Source: an uncultured virus (IMG/VR IMGVR_UViG_3300029998_000015) (lineage: Duplodnaviria > Heunggongvirae > Uroviricota > Caudoviricetes). From it: 64,000 nucleotides of DNA. Below, in pieces: positions 40,478 to 55,952 of the stretch. The notes below the pieces were generated by a model. That model was not told the origin of the DNA, searched no databases, and saw only the letters and a list, made by a program, of their open reading frames with translations. The position numbers were made by a program, and so were the translations under genes. Each line of letters begins with the position of its first letter. Positions within the stretch are counted from its first letter, which is position 1. Where the stretch lies: IMG/VR virus record IMGVR_UViG_3300029998_000015; one strand, 5' to 3'.

Positions 40478-40512
40478 AAAAACTCAGTTAAAATAATTTA
40501 ACTGAGTTTTTT
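40478..40512 (+). terminator. AACTCAGTTAA hairpin (copy 4)
   Basis: Hairpin with T-tract. Confidence 0.8.
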
Positions 40513-40547
40513 AGTTTGTTAATTTATATATAGAAATAAAATGATAA

Positions 40548-42125
40548 ATGATAAATATACAATTAGCAAGTGAAGAGTGGGTTGAAGGACAATTAGGCGG
40601 AGGTACTGGTGGTTCTTCAGTAACTAATGTTACATATAATGAATTGGGCGATTTGATTAATAATAGTGTATTAACAATTGGAAGTCAGTATTTGATTACA
40701 GATTATCAGACTATTTATATTGATGCATATTATGGAAATACTTTCACTGGTATAATTGAACCTTTATTAGTAACAGCTAGTGGAGTTAATACATTAAAAC
40801 CAGAAGCATATTCAGCATTATATCCTAAGGATATTATATATTATGATTTCAATAATAATACTAATGTTATACATGGTTCTACTAAAGGATATATTTATAG
40901 AAGGATAGATACAATACAGAATAATGATATGCCTTTTGATTTTAGAAATTTTAAGATTGTAAATAATTATATAAGTAGTGGAGTTACAGTTTATAATTTT
41001 TTTGTTGATTATTCAACTGCTTTTAATAATAAAATAGGAGCACTAAATTATAGAATAGATCAAAATAATTCTATAATTTTAGGAAGTAATTTTCGTGATA
41101 ATACAATAGGAGATGGTTTTAATAGTAATACAATAGGAAGCAATTTTAAGAATAATAAAATAGGAACTGGTTTTTCAGGTAATACAATAGGAGACAATTT
41201 TAATGATAATAGTATTGAAAATTACTTTATGTATAATTCAATTGGAAAATTTTTTAGTGGTAATACAATTTCAAATAATTTTTACCATAATACAATTTCA
41301 AATAATTTTTACAATAATATAATTGGAAGTGATTTTAATAAAAATGACAACATAGGAGATAATTTTAACTCTAATAATATTGAATCATATTTTCAAAATA
41401 ATAATATTGATATTAATTTTAGTGGTAATACAATTTCAAATAATTTCAACTATAATACAATTTCAAATAATTTTTACAATAATATAATTGGAGGTAATTT
41501 TACTAGTAATAATATTGCAAGTAGTTTTTATAATAATTTAATTGGAGCAGATTTTAGTTCCAACTCTAATATTGGAAATAATTTTAATAATAATTCAATT
41601 GGAAGTCTATTTTCCAATAATGATACAATTGGCGCAAATTTCAACTATAATACAATTTCAAATAATTTCAATTTTAATAGTGTGGATAATTATTATCAAT
41701 ATAATAATATAGGAAGCAACTTTCAATATAATACTATATTAAGTAACTTTCAAAAAAATTCAATTGGAAGTGATTTTAATACTAATACTTCAATTGGATA
41801 TGGATTTGAAAGAAATGCAATTGGAAGTAATTTTAATAATAATTCTATTGAAAGTATTTTTAGTGGTAATACAATTGTAAGTGATTTTAATTATAATTCA
41901 ATTGGAAGTAACTTTCAAAATAATTCAATTGGAAGTAACTTTAATACTAATACAATTGGAAGTAATTTTACTATGAACAATATATGTGATAATTTTGGAT
42001 CTGGATTAGATTTATCATCATCAACATATATCTATTTAGCCTATACTAAAAACTTATATGTTGATTCAACAGGGCTTAACAAGTTAGTATATGATGTGAC
42101 AACAATAGTAGATGTCATTGAATAA
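40548..42125 (+). CDS. LASEEWV-tagged fibre/spike-like beta-helix protein
   Basis: Same architecture, middle subdomain deleted. Confidence 0.8.
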   Translation: MINIQLASEEWVEGQLGGGTGGSSVTNVTYNELGDLINNSVLTIGSQYLITDYQTIYIDAYYGNTFTGIIEPLLVTASGVNTLKPEAYSALYPKDIIYYDFNNNTNVIHGSTKGYIYRRIDTIQNNDMPFDFRNFKIVNNYISSGVTVYNFFVDYSTAFNNKIGALNYRIDQNNSIILGSNFRDNTIGDGFNSNTIGSNFKNNKIGTGFSGNTIGDNFNDNSIENYFMYNSIGKFFSGNTISNNFYHNTISNNFYNNIIGSDFNKNDNIGDNFNSNNIESYFQNNNIDINFSGNTISNNFNYNTISNNFYNNIIGGNFTSNNIASSFYNNLIGADFSSNSNIGNNFNNNSIGSLFSNNDTIGANFNYNTISNNFNFNSVDNYYQYNNIGSNFQYNTILSNFQKNSIGSDFNTNTSIGYGFERNAIGSNFNNNSIESIFSGNTIVSDFNYNSIGSNFQNNSIGSNFNTNTIGSNFTMNNICDNFGSGLDLSSSTYIYLAYTKNLYVDSTGLNKLVYDVTTIVDVIE

Positions 42126-42143
42126 TTAGATTTATAAAAAATT

Positions 42144-42172
42144 AAAAACTCAGTTAATTTAACTGAGTTTTT
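42144..42172 (+). terminator. AACTCAGTTAA hairpin (copy 5)
   Basis: Hairpin with T-tract. Confidence 0.8.
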
Positions 42173-42224
42173 TATTTATTGTTTAATCAGTTAGTTTAAT
42201 TTATATATAGAAATAAAATTAACT

Positions 42225-44015
42225 ATGATAAATATTCAATTGGTGAGTGAAGAATGGGTTGAAGGAAGGTTATCTGGAACAACAGGTGGATCAACAGGTA
42301 CGTCTGGTACATCAGGTCAAAATGGAACTAGTGGAACAGCAGGTAGATCAGGCACATCTGGACAGAATGGATCAACTGGAAACACAGGAAGTTCTGGTAA
42401 TTCAGGAACGTCAGGAACTTCAGGACAGAATGGATCTGCTGGAAATTCAGGAACTTCTGGTACATCAGGTTCAGGAACATCTGGAACATCTGGTAATTCT
42501 CCTAGTGGAAGTACAAGTACAGTTACAAATTTGACATATAATAGTTTATCTAATTTAATATCTTCAAATGGATTAACAATAGGTAATCAATATTTAATAA
42601 CAGATTATCAGACAGTATATGTAATTCCTAAAACAACTGAGTTAAGTTCAGGAACAACAGAACCTTTATTAGTTACAGCAAGTGGTATTAATTCATTAAA
42701 ACCAGAAGCATATTCAGCATTATATCCTCAGGATATTATTTATTATAATTATACTAATAATCAAAGTATGGTATCTGGTTGTACTAAAGGATATATTTAT
42801 AGAAGGATAGACACAATTCAGGTTAATGACATACCTTTTGATTTTAGAAAGGTAAAGTTCAGAAGATTTCAATTGAATGTTACTAACATTTGGAATAATA
42901 GTACGACATACAATAAGAATGATGTTGTTTTAAGTGGTGGAACAACTAAGATTTATATTTGTATGAATAATCTTGTGACTGGAATTGATCCATCCATTGA
43001 TTCAATTTGGAAATTATTTGAATGGGGTAATTTAAGTTACACAAGTCCATATAAAAATAGTTGGGCTTTGTTCAGTGTTAATATTCCATGTTCGACTGGA
43101 TATACAGATTATAATATGTTTTGGGATTATTCATCGAGTTTCAATATTTCAATTGAACAGTCATCAACAAATATAATATCAAACAATAATTCAGTCACAC
43201 TTGGATCTGGTTTTTATAATAATACTATAGGAAACAATTTTTATGAGAACACAATAGGAAATAGTTTTAATACTAATACAATAGGAGATAGTTTTTATAA
43301 TAATTCTATTTCATATGCATTTAATAAAAATAAATTAGGAAACAGTTTCGCTATTAATTCAATAGGAGGAAGTTTTTCTGATAATACAATAGGAAATAGT
43401 TTTAATTTTAATGTAATAGGTGATAGTTTTACTTATAATTCAATTGAACGTAATTGTCAATTTAATTTTATAGGATATGGACTCACTAATAATATTATAG
43501 ATATCAATTTTGGATATAATATAATAGGAAACGCTTTCACTTTAAATGTGGTAGGAGGAAATTTTGGTACTAACACGATAGGAAACAATTCTTCTTTGAA
43601 TGTAATAGGAGGAAATTTTGGTAATAATAAAATAGGAACTAATTTTGGATATAATTCAATAGGAAGTAATTTTGGTGCTAATACAATAGGAACTAATTTT
43701 ATGTATAATACAATAAAAAGTGGATTTGGTACTAATATAATAGGAACTGATTTTGGACATAATTCAATATCAAATTATTTTGGTATTAATACAGTAGGAA
43801 ATTATTTTACAAATAATTCAATAATAGAGACATTTAGTGGTAATACAATAGGAAGTAATTTTGCTCACAATTTTATTCAATGTGGTGTTACTGGAACAAA
43901 TTTTTTATCATCTACTTATGTTTATAATTCATATACAAAAGAAATATTTAGTAATTCTTCATCACAGTTAAAGTTAATATATGATAAGACTGTTATTGTG
44001 AGTGCAAATGCTTAA
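42225..44015 (+). CDS. L(V)SEEWV-tagged fibre-like protein with G-X-S collagen-like linker
   Basis: GTSGTSGQNG triplets; TDYQT domain; beta-helix repeats. Confidence 0.8.
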   Translation: MINIQLVSEEWVEGRLSGTTGGSTGTSGTSGQNGTSGTAGRSGTSGQNGSTGNTGSSGNSGTSGTSGQNGSAGNSGTSGTSGSGTSGTSGNSPSGSTSTVTNLTYNSLSNLISSNGLTIGNQYLITDYQTVYVIPKTTELSSGTTEPLLVTASGINSLKPEAYSALYPQDIIYYNYTNNQSMVSGCTKGYIYRRIDTIQVNDIPFDFRKVKFRRFQLNVTNIWNNSTTYNKNDVVLSGGTTKIYICMNNLVTGIDPSIDSIWKLFEWGNLSYTSPYKNSWALFSVNIPCSTGYTDYNMFWDYSSSFNISIEQSSTNIISNNNSVTLGSGFYNNTIGNNFYENTIGNSFNTNTIGDSFYNNSISYAFNKNKLGNSFAINSIGGSFSDNTIGNSFNFNVIGDSFTYNSIERNCQFNFIGYGLTNNIIDINFGYNIIGNAFTLNVVGGNFGTNTIGNNSSLNVIGGNFGNNKIGTNFGYNSIGSNFGANTIGTNFMYNTIKSGFGTNIIGTDFGHNSISNYFGINTVGNYFTNNSIIETFSGNTIGSNFAHNFIQCGVTGTNFLSSTYVYNSYTKEIFSNSSSQLKLIYDKTVIVSANA

Positions 44016-44029
44016 CTCATAAAATACCT

Positions 44030-44066
44030 AAAAAAACTCAGTTAAAATATTTTAACTGAGTTTTTT
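44030..44066 (+). terminator. AACTCAGTTAA hairpin (copy 6)
   Basis: Hairpin with T-tract. Confidence 0.8.
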
Positions 44067-44116
44067 ATTTTCAATTGTTAATTTTATTTAATTTATATAT
44101 AGAAATAAAAATATAA

Positions 44117-46078
44117 ATGGATGAAATAATATATTTAGCTAATCAAAACTGGGTAACTGATATAGTAGGAAATTTAACAGATGGTAACACAATTCAATAT
44201 AACACTGAACAAGTTGTATCAGGTTCTATTATATTAGACAAGAATATTAAAGTATATGATATATCAACAGCGTCAGGATTAACAGTAACTGTAAATACAG
44301 GAAATGTTGATATGAGTAAATATGTTCAATTATATTTAAAAATTAAACTTAACGATTATGTGTCATTAAGTTTTCCAAATAATTTTTTATTTGACAATTT
44401 AGAATATCCAACAGAAGTAGGTGAATATATGTATACAATGTCATCATCAGATAATGGCATTACTTGGAGGCTAGGACTTATTTATAAAAATATCGCTACT
44501 GTTGGAATTGATGAAAATGGATTTGAGATAATAGGTTCAGTTATAAGATATGTTGATGGAGATAATGGATTAGATACTAATGATGGATTATCATGGACAA
44601 ATTCGTATAAGAATATTCAAACAGCTATTGATTTGTCAAATTCTGGTGATGCAATTTTTGTTAAAGGATCTGAAAGTGGAATTACTTATTTACCTACTAC
44701 ATTAAGAACAATTGGAGATGCCAGATCTGCATCATTTCTTCTTAAGACTGGAATAAATATATTCGGAGGATTTATTGGTACTGAAAGTTCTCTATATGAG
44801 CGTGATATGGTATCTTACAAAGAAATATTAAGATTACCATCTGGAAATATAGATTTATTTGTTCCTGTACCAAAAAATAAAAGTATAATGTCTGGTAATT
44901 TATTAGGTTCTCAGATAACTTCTTCATATACTACTCTTTATTGTAGTTCAGGTATAAAATCAGTTGTAAACGGATTTCAAATATCGGATTCTTTCAATGA
45001 CTCAATACCATATTTATGTGCAGGAATTCATTCTTCAGGTACATTAATATTATCAAATTGTCAAATAATTAATAATATTGAATCTTACGATTACTGGTAT
45101 TCATCATGGAGTGGTGTTTATGGAGCAAATCTTAATAACTGCTTAGTATCTTTTAATTCATCAATTGGAAATATAAATGGTGGAGTAGGAGTTATAAATT
45201 CATCAATTAGTAATTCTATAATTTCAAGTAATGTTAATACTGGAACAGTTAATTCTGATATGGGAGACCGATATGGATATAGTGGATCAGCAGGAGCAAT
45301 AAATTCATCACTAACGAACTGCTTTATAAGTAATAATTCTACAGTTGGAAGTGTTTCAGCAGGTTTTTTATCATCATTTTCAAATTCTGATATAAATAAA
45401 AACATTAGCACTGCTGCTAAAGGAACAACACTTTTTATTTCGAATTTAGTAAATTGCTCTATTAACTCTAATGAATCTCTTAACTATTTAAGTTACTCAG
45501 CAGGATCATATAATTCAAATTTGATCAGTTCAATTGTATATAATAATTATTCAAATGGTAATGTAGGAGGAGTAAGTGGTGGAACATTAATATCATGCTC
45601 AATTTTTAACAACTACGGAGCAAGTCTAGTTGGAGGAGCAGAATCTGCTAATCTTATAAATTGTTCAGTTGTCAGAAATTCAGGAGGTGGTACAAATAAC
45701 TGTGTATTAAAGAATACTGTAGTTTGGGGAAATAAATCAATAGCTGGAACTCAAAATAATGTAGTTAATACAAATTCAAGTATTGAAGAATATTCTGCAT
45801 TTGAAAATGACGAACGACCAGGTATTGGAAATATATCAATTTCTACTAATAATAGTGGAGATACTAATAGTCCTTATTTTGATATAATATCTTTAAATTC
45901 AGGAGTAGTAGATGATGTATTAGTTTGTAATCTTAATATTTCAGAACAATCTTTTTTAATAGACAACGGAATAAATAGCGATAATACTTCTGGTTATGGA
46001 TCTGTTTTTGATGTAAAATCAAATAATAGAATTAGTGGAACTACTATTGATATTGGAGCTTATGAATTTCAAAAATAA
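44117..46078 (+). CDS. Pectate-lyase-like right-handed beta-helix protein (possible depolymerase/adhesin)
   Basis: IIYLANQNWV tag; YVDG..G.D.NDGLSW..YKNIQTAID; C-terminal IDIGAYEF. Confidence 0.7.
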   Translation: MDEIIYLANQNWVTDIVGNLTDGNTIQYNTEQVVSGSIILDKNIKVYDISTASGLTVTVNTGNVDMSKYVQLYLKIKLNDYVSLSFPNNFLFDNLEYPTEVGEYMYTMSSSDNGITWRLGLIYKNIATVGIDENGFEIIGSVIRYVDGDNGLDTNDGLSWTNSYKNIQTAIDLSNSGDAIFVKGSESGITYLPTTLRTIGDARSASFLLKTGINIFGGFIGTESSLYERDMVSYKEILRLPSGNIDLFVPVPKNKSIMSGNLLGSQITSSYTTLYCSSGIKSVVNGFQISDSFNDSIPYLCAGIHSSGTLILSNCQIINNIESYDYWYSSWSGVYGANLNNCLVSFNSSIGNINGGVGVINSSISNSIISSNVNTGTVNSDMGDRYGYSGSAGAINSSLTNCFISNNSTVGSVSAGFLSSFSNSDINKNISTAAKGTTLFISNLVNCSINSNESLNYLSYSAGSYNSNLISSIVYNNYSNGNVGGVSGGTLISCSIFNNYGASLVGGAESANLINCSVVRNSGGGTNNCVLKNTVVWGNKSIAGTQNNVVNTNSSIEEYSAFENDERPGIGNISISTNNSGDTNSPYFDIISLNSGVVDDVLVCNLNISEQSFLIDNGINSDNTSGYGSVFDVKSNNRISGTTIDIGAYEFQK

Positions 46079-46087
46079 ATAATAATT

Positions 46088-46480
46088 ATGAATATATTTA
46101 AAAGAACGTATGTAAAAATGATAGATAAAGTTACTATCGAAAAAGCACCAAAAAGTAAAGATGGAATAGTTGGATTTAATAACAATTCTGATTTATGTAT
46201 TGAAAATGGTTACAAAGAATTGAGATTTTCATCTGGAAGTACTGGTTGGAAAATTTACACTGATATGGGTGATTATATTCAAGAAGGATTATATGAATAT
46301 GATTCTTTATCATATGAATCACAAGTATCAGGACTTATTAATTCTGAATATACATATGATCAGCAATTAGCAATTCAACGAAAAAAATTAGCTGGAATAG
46401 ATGAAGCAATTTTTAATCAATTTAATGTATTTTGTGAGATATGTAAAAAAAGTATAAAACTTAAAATCATAGGAAATTAA
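46088..46480 (+). CDS. Possible tail-fibre assembly/chaperone-like protein
   Basis: Small gene after a fibre gene; ENGYKE shared with 60250..60609; I..EYTYDQQLAIQR. Confidence 0.5.
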   Translation: MNIFKRTYVKMIDKVTIEKAPKSKDGIVGFNNNSDLCIENGYKELRFSSGSTGWKIYTDMGDYIQEGLYEYDSLSYESQVSGLINSEYTYDQQLAIQRKKLAGIDEAIFNQFNVFCEICKKSIKLKIIGN

Positions 46481-46481
46481 T

Positions 46482-46513
46482 AAAAAAACTCAGTTAATTT
46501 AACTGAGTTTTTT
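46482..46513 (+). terminator. AACTCAGTTAA hairpin (copy 7)
   Basis: Hairpin with T-tract. Confidence 0.8.
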
Positions 46514-46551
46514 ATTTATTGTTTTTTAATATATACAAATAAAAAAAATTA

Positions 46552-48297
46552 ATGGTAAATATACAGTTAGCGAGTGAAGAATGGGTTGAAGGAAGATTAT
46601 CTGGAACAACAGGTGGATCAACAGGCACCTCTGGTACATCAGGTCAAAATGGGACTAGTGGAACAGCAGGTAAATCTGGAACATCTGGACAGAATGGATC
46701 AACTGGAAACACAGGAAGTTCCGGTAATTCAGGAACGTCAGGAACTTCAGGACAGAATGGTTCAGTTGGATATGGAAGTTCTGGACAAAATGGTACATCA
46801 GGAACATCAGGTATTAGTATAAGTTCTAGTGGAGGTACAAATTCAGTTACAAATGTCACATATAGTGGATTAGTAACATTAATTAATAATAGTGGATTAA
46901 CTACTAATCAAGCATATTTAATTACTGATTATCAAACTATACATAGAATACCTGAAACAACTATTATAAATTCAGGAACAACAGAACCTTTATTAGTAAC
47001 TGCAAGTAGTGTTAATACATTAAAGCCTGAGACGTATTCAAGATTATATCCGAATGATATAATATATTATGATTTCAATAATAATCAAAGTATGATGCCT
47101 GGATGTGCAAAAGGATATATTTATAGAAGAGTTGATACATTAAAAAATAATGATATTCCATTTGACTTCAGACAAGTAAAATTTAGAAGATGGCAATTGA
47201 ATGTTACAAACATTTGGAATTCAGGATCAACATATATGAGAAGTGATGTTGTTTTAATCAGTGGGACAACACAAATTTATATATGTTTAATTGATAATGT
47301 AATTGGTGTGAATCCATCAACACAAACAAATCAAATTATTTGGAAACGTTTTGAATGGGCTAATTTAAGTTATTCTAGTCCAAATATAACAAATTGGTAT
47401 CTTTATTTTAGTATTCCAACATCCACTTTATATACTGATTATCTGATGTTTAATACATATGATAGTACAATTTATTCTAATAGAATAAAACAAGATTACA
47501 TTGGAGATGGAGATATACTTAATTGTAATAATACTGTATTTTTTGGAAATAATATTAACTGCAATACAATTGAATCATATTTTAGTTATAATAGTATTGG
47601 AGCTAGTTTTTTTAATAATACAATAGGAGGAAATTTTGAACACAATAGTATCGGAGTTAATTTTACATTTAATACAATTGAAAGTAATATTATGAATAAT
47701 AGTATTGGAGCTAGTTTTTATAATAATACAATAAGAAGCATGTTTCAATATAATACTATTTCAGATGTGTTTTTTTATAATAGTATTGGAGAATATTTTA
47801 TTCATAATTATATTGGTGAAGCGTTTTCTCGTAATACTATTGAATCATATTTTAGTTATAATAGTATTGGATATGCTGCTCTATGTAATACTATTGGAAA
47901 TGGCTCGCAAAATAATAGGATTGGTTCTAATTTTCAAAATAATAATACAGGAAATTCTTTTGGTGGATATTTTAATGGTAATATTATTGGGAATTATTTT
48001 CAATTTAATACTATTGGAAATGGATTTGACATCAATAACATTGGAAATGTTTTTAGCTATAATACTATTGGTAACGCGTTTAATCGTAATGTAATTGGTA
48101 GCAATTTTAAGATGAATAATGTTTGTGATAATTTCAATATTGGTAATTATGATGTTGGTATTAACAATTATCATTTATCAGATTTTACAGCATCTACATA
48201 TATTTATAATAGTTACACAAAAGATTTATATGTTGATTCATCTGTGATTCAAAAGTTAGCATACGATAGAAATACTATTGTTAATGCAAATGCATAA
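46552..48297 (+). CDS. LASEEWV-tagged fibre-like protein with G-X-S linker
   Basis: First ~70 aa nearly identical to 42225..44015. Confidence 0.8.
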   Translation: MVNIQLASEEWVEGRLSGTTGGSTGTSGTSGQNGTSGTAGKSGTSGQNGSTGNTGSSGNSGTSGTSGQNGSVGYGSSGQNGTSGTSGISISSSGGTNSVTNVTYSGLVTLINNSGLTTNQAYLITDYQTIHRIPETTIINSGTTEPLLVTASSVNTLKPETYSRLYPNDIIYYDFNNNQSMMPGCAKGYIYRRVDTLKNNDIPFDFRQVKFRRWQLNVTNIWNSGSTYMRSDVVLISGTTQIYICLIDNVIGVNPSTQTNQIIWKRFEWANLSYSSPNITNWYLYFSIPTSTLYTDYLMFNTYDSTIYSNRIKQDYIGDGDILNCNNTVFFGNNINCNTIESYFSYNSIGASFFNNTIGGNFEHNSIGVNFTFNTIESNIMNNSIGASFYNNTIRSMFQYNTISDVFFYNSIGEYFIHNYIGEAFSRNTIESYFSYNSIGYAALCNTIGNGSQNNRIGSNFQNNNTGNSFGGYFNGNIIGNYFQFNTIGNGFDINNIGNVFSYNTIGNAFNRNVIGSNFKMNNVCDNFNIGNYDVGINNYHLSDFTASTYIYNSYTKDLYVDSSVIQKLAYDRNTIVNANA

Positions 48298-48300
48298 AAT

Positions 48301-48332
48301 AAAAAACTCAGTTAATTTAACTGAGTTTTTTT
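48301..48332. terminator. AACTCAGTTAA hairpin (copy 8), bidirectional
   Basis: Between convergent operons. Confidence 0.85.
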
Positions 48333-48787
48333 ATTTCAATACTATTAATTTTTTATATGAACTTGGAAGTAGAGATGACCAATCAGCTTCTCTAATTTCT
48401 AAATTTTTCTTACTTCTTATTAGTTCAGGATATCTAAATCCTTGTGAATTTTTTTTTGGTGAATACTTATTTAGTTGTTTATAATCATTTATAATTTCAG
48501 TTATAAATTTTTCAATTTGTATATAATTATTTATATAATTATTTTCAAAGAATTTCCAAACATATTCATAATGAAAGTAAATAATTTTATATTTAATATT
48601 TAAACTAAATAAGCATATTCCATTAACTTGATTTGGCGATGTTATTTTTATATTATATAACTTAAACAATTTAAGTTTTCTAATATATTGTTCGTCATAG
48701 AAATAAAAAACGTAATCATTCCATTCTTTATCTACTACTGGATAGCAATATAAAATTTTGCTAATCAACCAATTTGATAATTCTTCT

Positions 48788-48795
<8 letters not shown>
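48331..48795 (-). CDS. KEEL-family protein
   Basis: Family motifs. Confidence 0.85.
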
Positions 48796-51432
<2,637 letters not shown>

Positions 51433-51436
51433 ATTA

Positions 51437-52356
<920 letters not shown>

Positions 52357-52755
52357 TTATAATCTTGATTTTATAATACTATTTTCATATATATTTTTAA
52401 TCATACCAGGTAAAGGATTATAATCGAATAAAATTGGATGATCTTTTAGTAGTTTTTTTATTAGTTTTTGAATATCATAGTAGTCATATGAATAGTTTTT
52501 TTCAAAGAACTTCCACAATTCTTCACTCAGCCATAAAATTCTAAATTTATTATCCTGATTAAATAAAAATGTTCCTTCAACATTATTAATTGAAATTAAC
52601 TCTTCTGTATTATTTAATTTAAACAATTTAAGTTTTCTTATATATTTTTCGTCATAAACTAAGAATACACTATCTGGATATAATTCTACTTTAACTTGAT
52701 AGCAGGAATTATATTTATTCCAGAACCAATCATATAAATCTTTTTTATACATCAT
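52357..52755 (-). CDS. KEEL-family protein
   Basis: Family motifs. Confidence 0.85.
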   Translation of the reverse strand: MMYKKDLYDWFWNKYNSCYQVKVELYPDSVFLVYDEKYIRKLKLFKLNNTEELISINNVEGTFLFNQDNKFRILWLSEELWKFFEKNYSYDYYDIQKLIKKLLKDHPILFDYNPLPGMIKNIYENSIIKSRL

Positions 52756-53154
52756 TTAAATATAAACTTATTTTCTTGTAATTTTTCAATGATATATTAG
52801 CTGTTGATGAATTCATTGTTGGTAAATACATATTTAAATTAGTAATATTTTTTAGTATATCTTTCATGAATTTCTGATTATCATAGTAATCATCGGAATA
52901 GTATCTGAATAAAAAAGTCCAAATATCATCATTACAACGAAATTTTAATTTTTTAAAATCTTGTTGAAATATACAAGTTCCGTTAATTTCATTTGTAATT
53001 TTTATGTCTTGATTATTTATTTTGCCTAATTTAATTTTTCTAATGAATTGTTCATCATATATCCAAAAAATTATACTTGGATAATCCTCATGTTTAACTT
53101 TATAGCATTTTTTTAATGTCTCCAATATAAAATCACTTAATTCTTCTTTTGTCA

Positions 53155-53155
<1 letters not shown>
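52745..53155 (-). CDS. KEEL-family protein
   Basis: Family motifs. Confidence 0.85.
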
Positions 53156-53929
<774 letters not shown>

Positions 53930-54079
53930 ATGATAATATTTAATTTACAAAGATACAAAAATAAATCTGATTAATAAACTTTTTTATAATATAATCATAC
54001 AATATTTTGAGCATAGTTCGTTTTCTGTGTTTAATTTTTAAATCATATTAAAAAATTAGTTGAAGAGAAGTGGTTGTGA

Positions 54080-54583
<504 letters not shown>

Positions 54584-54637
54584 ATATTATTAACTAATAA
54601 TTGAAAAACTTTTTTATAAACATCTCATATAATAAAT

Positions 54638-54853
54638 ATGACAAAAACAATTGAATTATTAGAGAAAGAGATTAAGTTATTAACTGAAGCCAGAGATGGA
54701 ATTGGAAAAGCATTTAATGTTTTGAAAAGAGATAATATAGAAGATGATCATCTCAGAGAATTGTATAATGAATTTGATTATAAATTAAAAGATTATCAAA
54801 ATTCAATTGATGATATTAAAGAGAACAATTTAAGATCTTGCGTATCTAATTAA
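54638..54853 (+). CDS. Small coiled-coil hypothetical protein
   Basis: Heptad-like helical composition. Confidence 0.7.
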   Translation: MTKTIELLEKEIKLLTEARDGIGKAFNVLKRDNIEDDHLRELYNEFDYKLKDYQNSIDDIKENNLRSCVSN

Positions 54854-54907
54854 AAATATTCACGGTTACATGAAACCTCGATAATCATGTGACTTCCTCG
54901 CCAGGGA

Positions 54908-54939
54908 CAAAAGCTATCATGTAAAAGTGATAGCTTTTT
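54908..54939 (+). terminator. Intrinsic terminator
   Basis: aaaagctatca-tgtaaaag-tgatagcttttt. Confidence 0.75.
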
Positions 54940-54963
54940 AGGCATTTATTAAAACTAAAAAAC

Positions 54964-55182
54964 ATGAAATTAAAATTTGAAATTGATTTAGAAGACGTTG
55001 ATCAGGTACTTAATTCAATTGATCCAAGACTTATTGAAAGGTATCTTCGCAATAAAAAATTAGAAAACTGTTTAAATCCTACTGAACTACCTCCACTTGA
55101 ATTAAACCCTATATTTTGTACAGATGATTATAATATAGATTTTCCTTTAAACTCATATCAAAACACATACGTTAATATATAA
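54964..55182 (+). CDS. Hypothetical protein, paralog of 55187..55447
   Basis: LNSID...E.YLR.KKLE. Confidence 0.75.
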   Translation: MKLKFEIDLEDVDQVLNSIDPRLIERYLRNKKLENCLNPTELPPLELNPIFCTDDYNIDFPLNSYQNTYVNI

Positions 55183-55186
55183 TAAA

Positions 55187-55447
55187 ATGAACTTAAATGT
55201 AAACATTGACATAGATGATATATTGAATTCAATTGATGTAAAGGATCTTGAACAATATATTCGTAGAAGAAAACTTGAAGAAATAAATAATTCAAATTCT
55301 GTTATTATTAATTCAGCATCTACAACTATACCACTTAATCTACCTAATAAAATTAAGTTAGATAATTTGGATTTTAATTTGGATTTATTTGATGATGAAC
55401 CATGTGATGAATTTGATTTTGATGATGATGAAAGTTTTAAATTATAA
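55187..55447 (+). CDS. Hypothetical protein with acidic tail
   Basis: LNSID..LEQYIRRRKLE. Confidence 0.75.
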   Translation: MNLNVNIDIDDILNSIDVKDLEQYIRRRKLEEINNSNSVIINSASTTIPLNLPNKIKLDNLDFNLDLFDDEPCDEFDFDDDESFKL

Positions 55448-55454
55448 TAATTAT

Positions 55455-55508
55455 AAAATGGTATGCAATAAATACCTTTTATAGGGATATAATGCATACC
55501 ATTTTTTT
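55455..55508. terminator. Bidirectional hairpin
   Basis: aaaatggtatgca..tgcataccatttt between convergent genes. Confidence 0.65.
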
Positions 55509-55524
55509 GTAAAACAATTTAAAA

Positions 55525-55881
55525 TTATCCTAATGAATCTATACTAATTATAATATCTTTATAAGTGGTAACTACAATTCTATATTGATCATATTCATAA
55601 GGTTTAAATTTCAATTCATCGTCCTTAGTACCTACAAATATATGATATTTTCTAGGAAGTATTATTTCTCCGCTATCTTTCAACTCATCAGTACCGTTAT
55701 CAAAATTTATAATGCTATTTACATTTAGATTAATTAAATAATTAAATTCATCTGTCTGTTTAATAGGAGCAACATTGTTACCATACTGATTGACCCCTAC
55801 TCTTGGGTTTTTATATATTCCATTCATATAAGTATATATATTTATACCATAAACTCCTTTTAAAAAATTGACAATTATCAA
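55525..55881 (-). CDS. Hypothetical protein (start may be the internal Met of MNGIYKNP)
   Basis: ORF; a TATATA motif precedes the internal Met. Confidence 0.65.
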   Translation of the reverse strand: MIIVNFLKGVYGINIYTYMNGIYKNPRVGVNQYGNNVAPIKQTDEFNYLINLNVNSIINFDNGTDELKDSGEIILPRKYHIFVGTKDDELKFKPYEYDQYRIVVTTYKDIIISIDSLG

Positions 55882-55952
55882 TAGTTAAATCTTCTTAAAA
55901 AATTATTTTTATTTCTAATTTTTAATATATAGAATAAATAATTTTTTAATAT

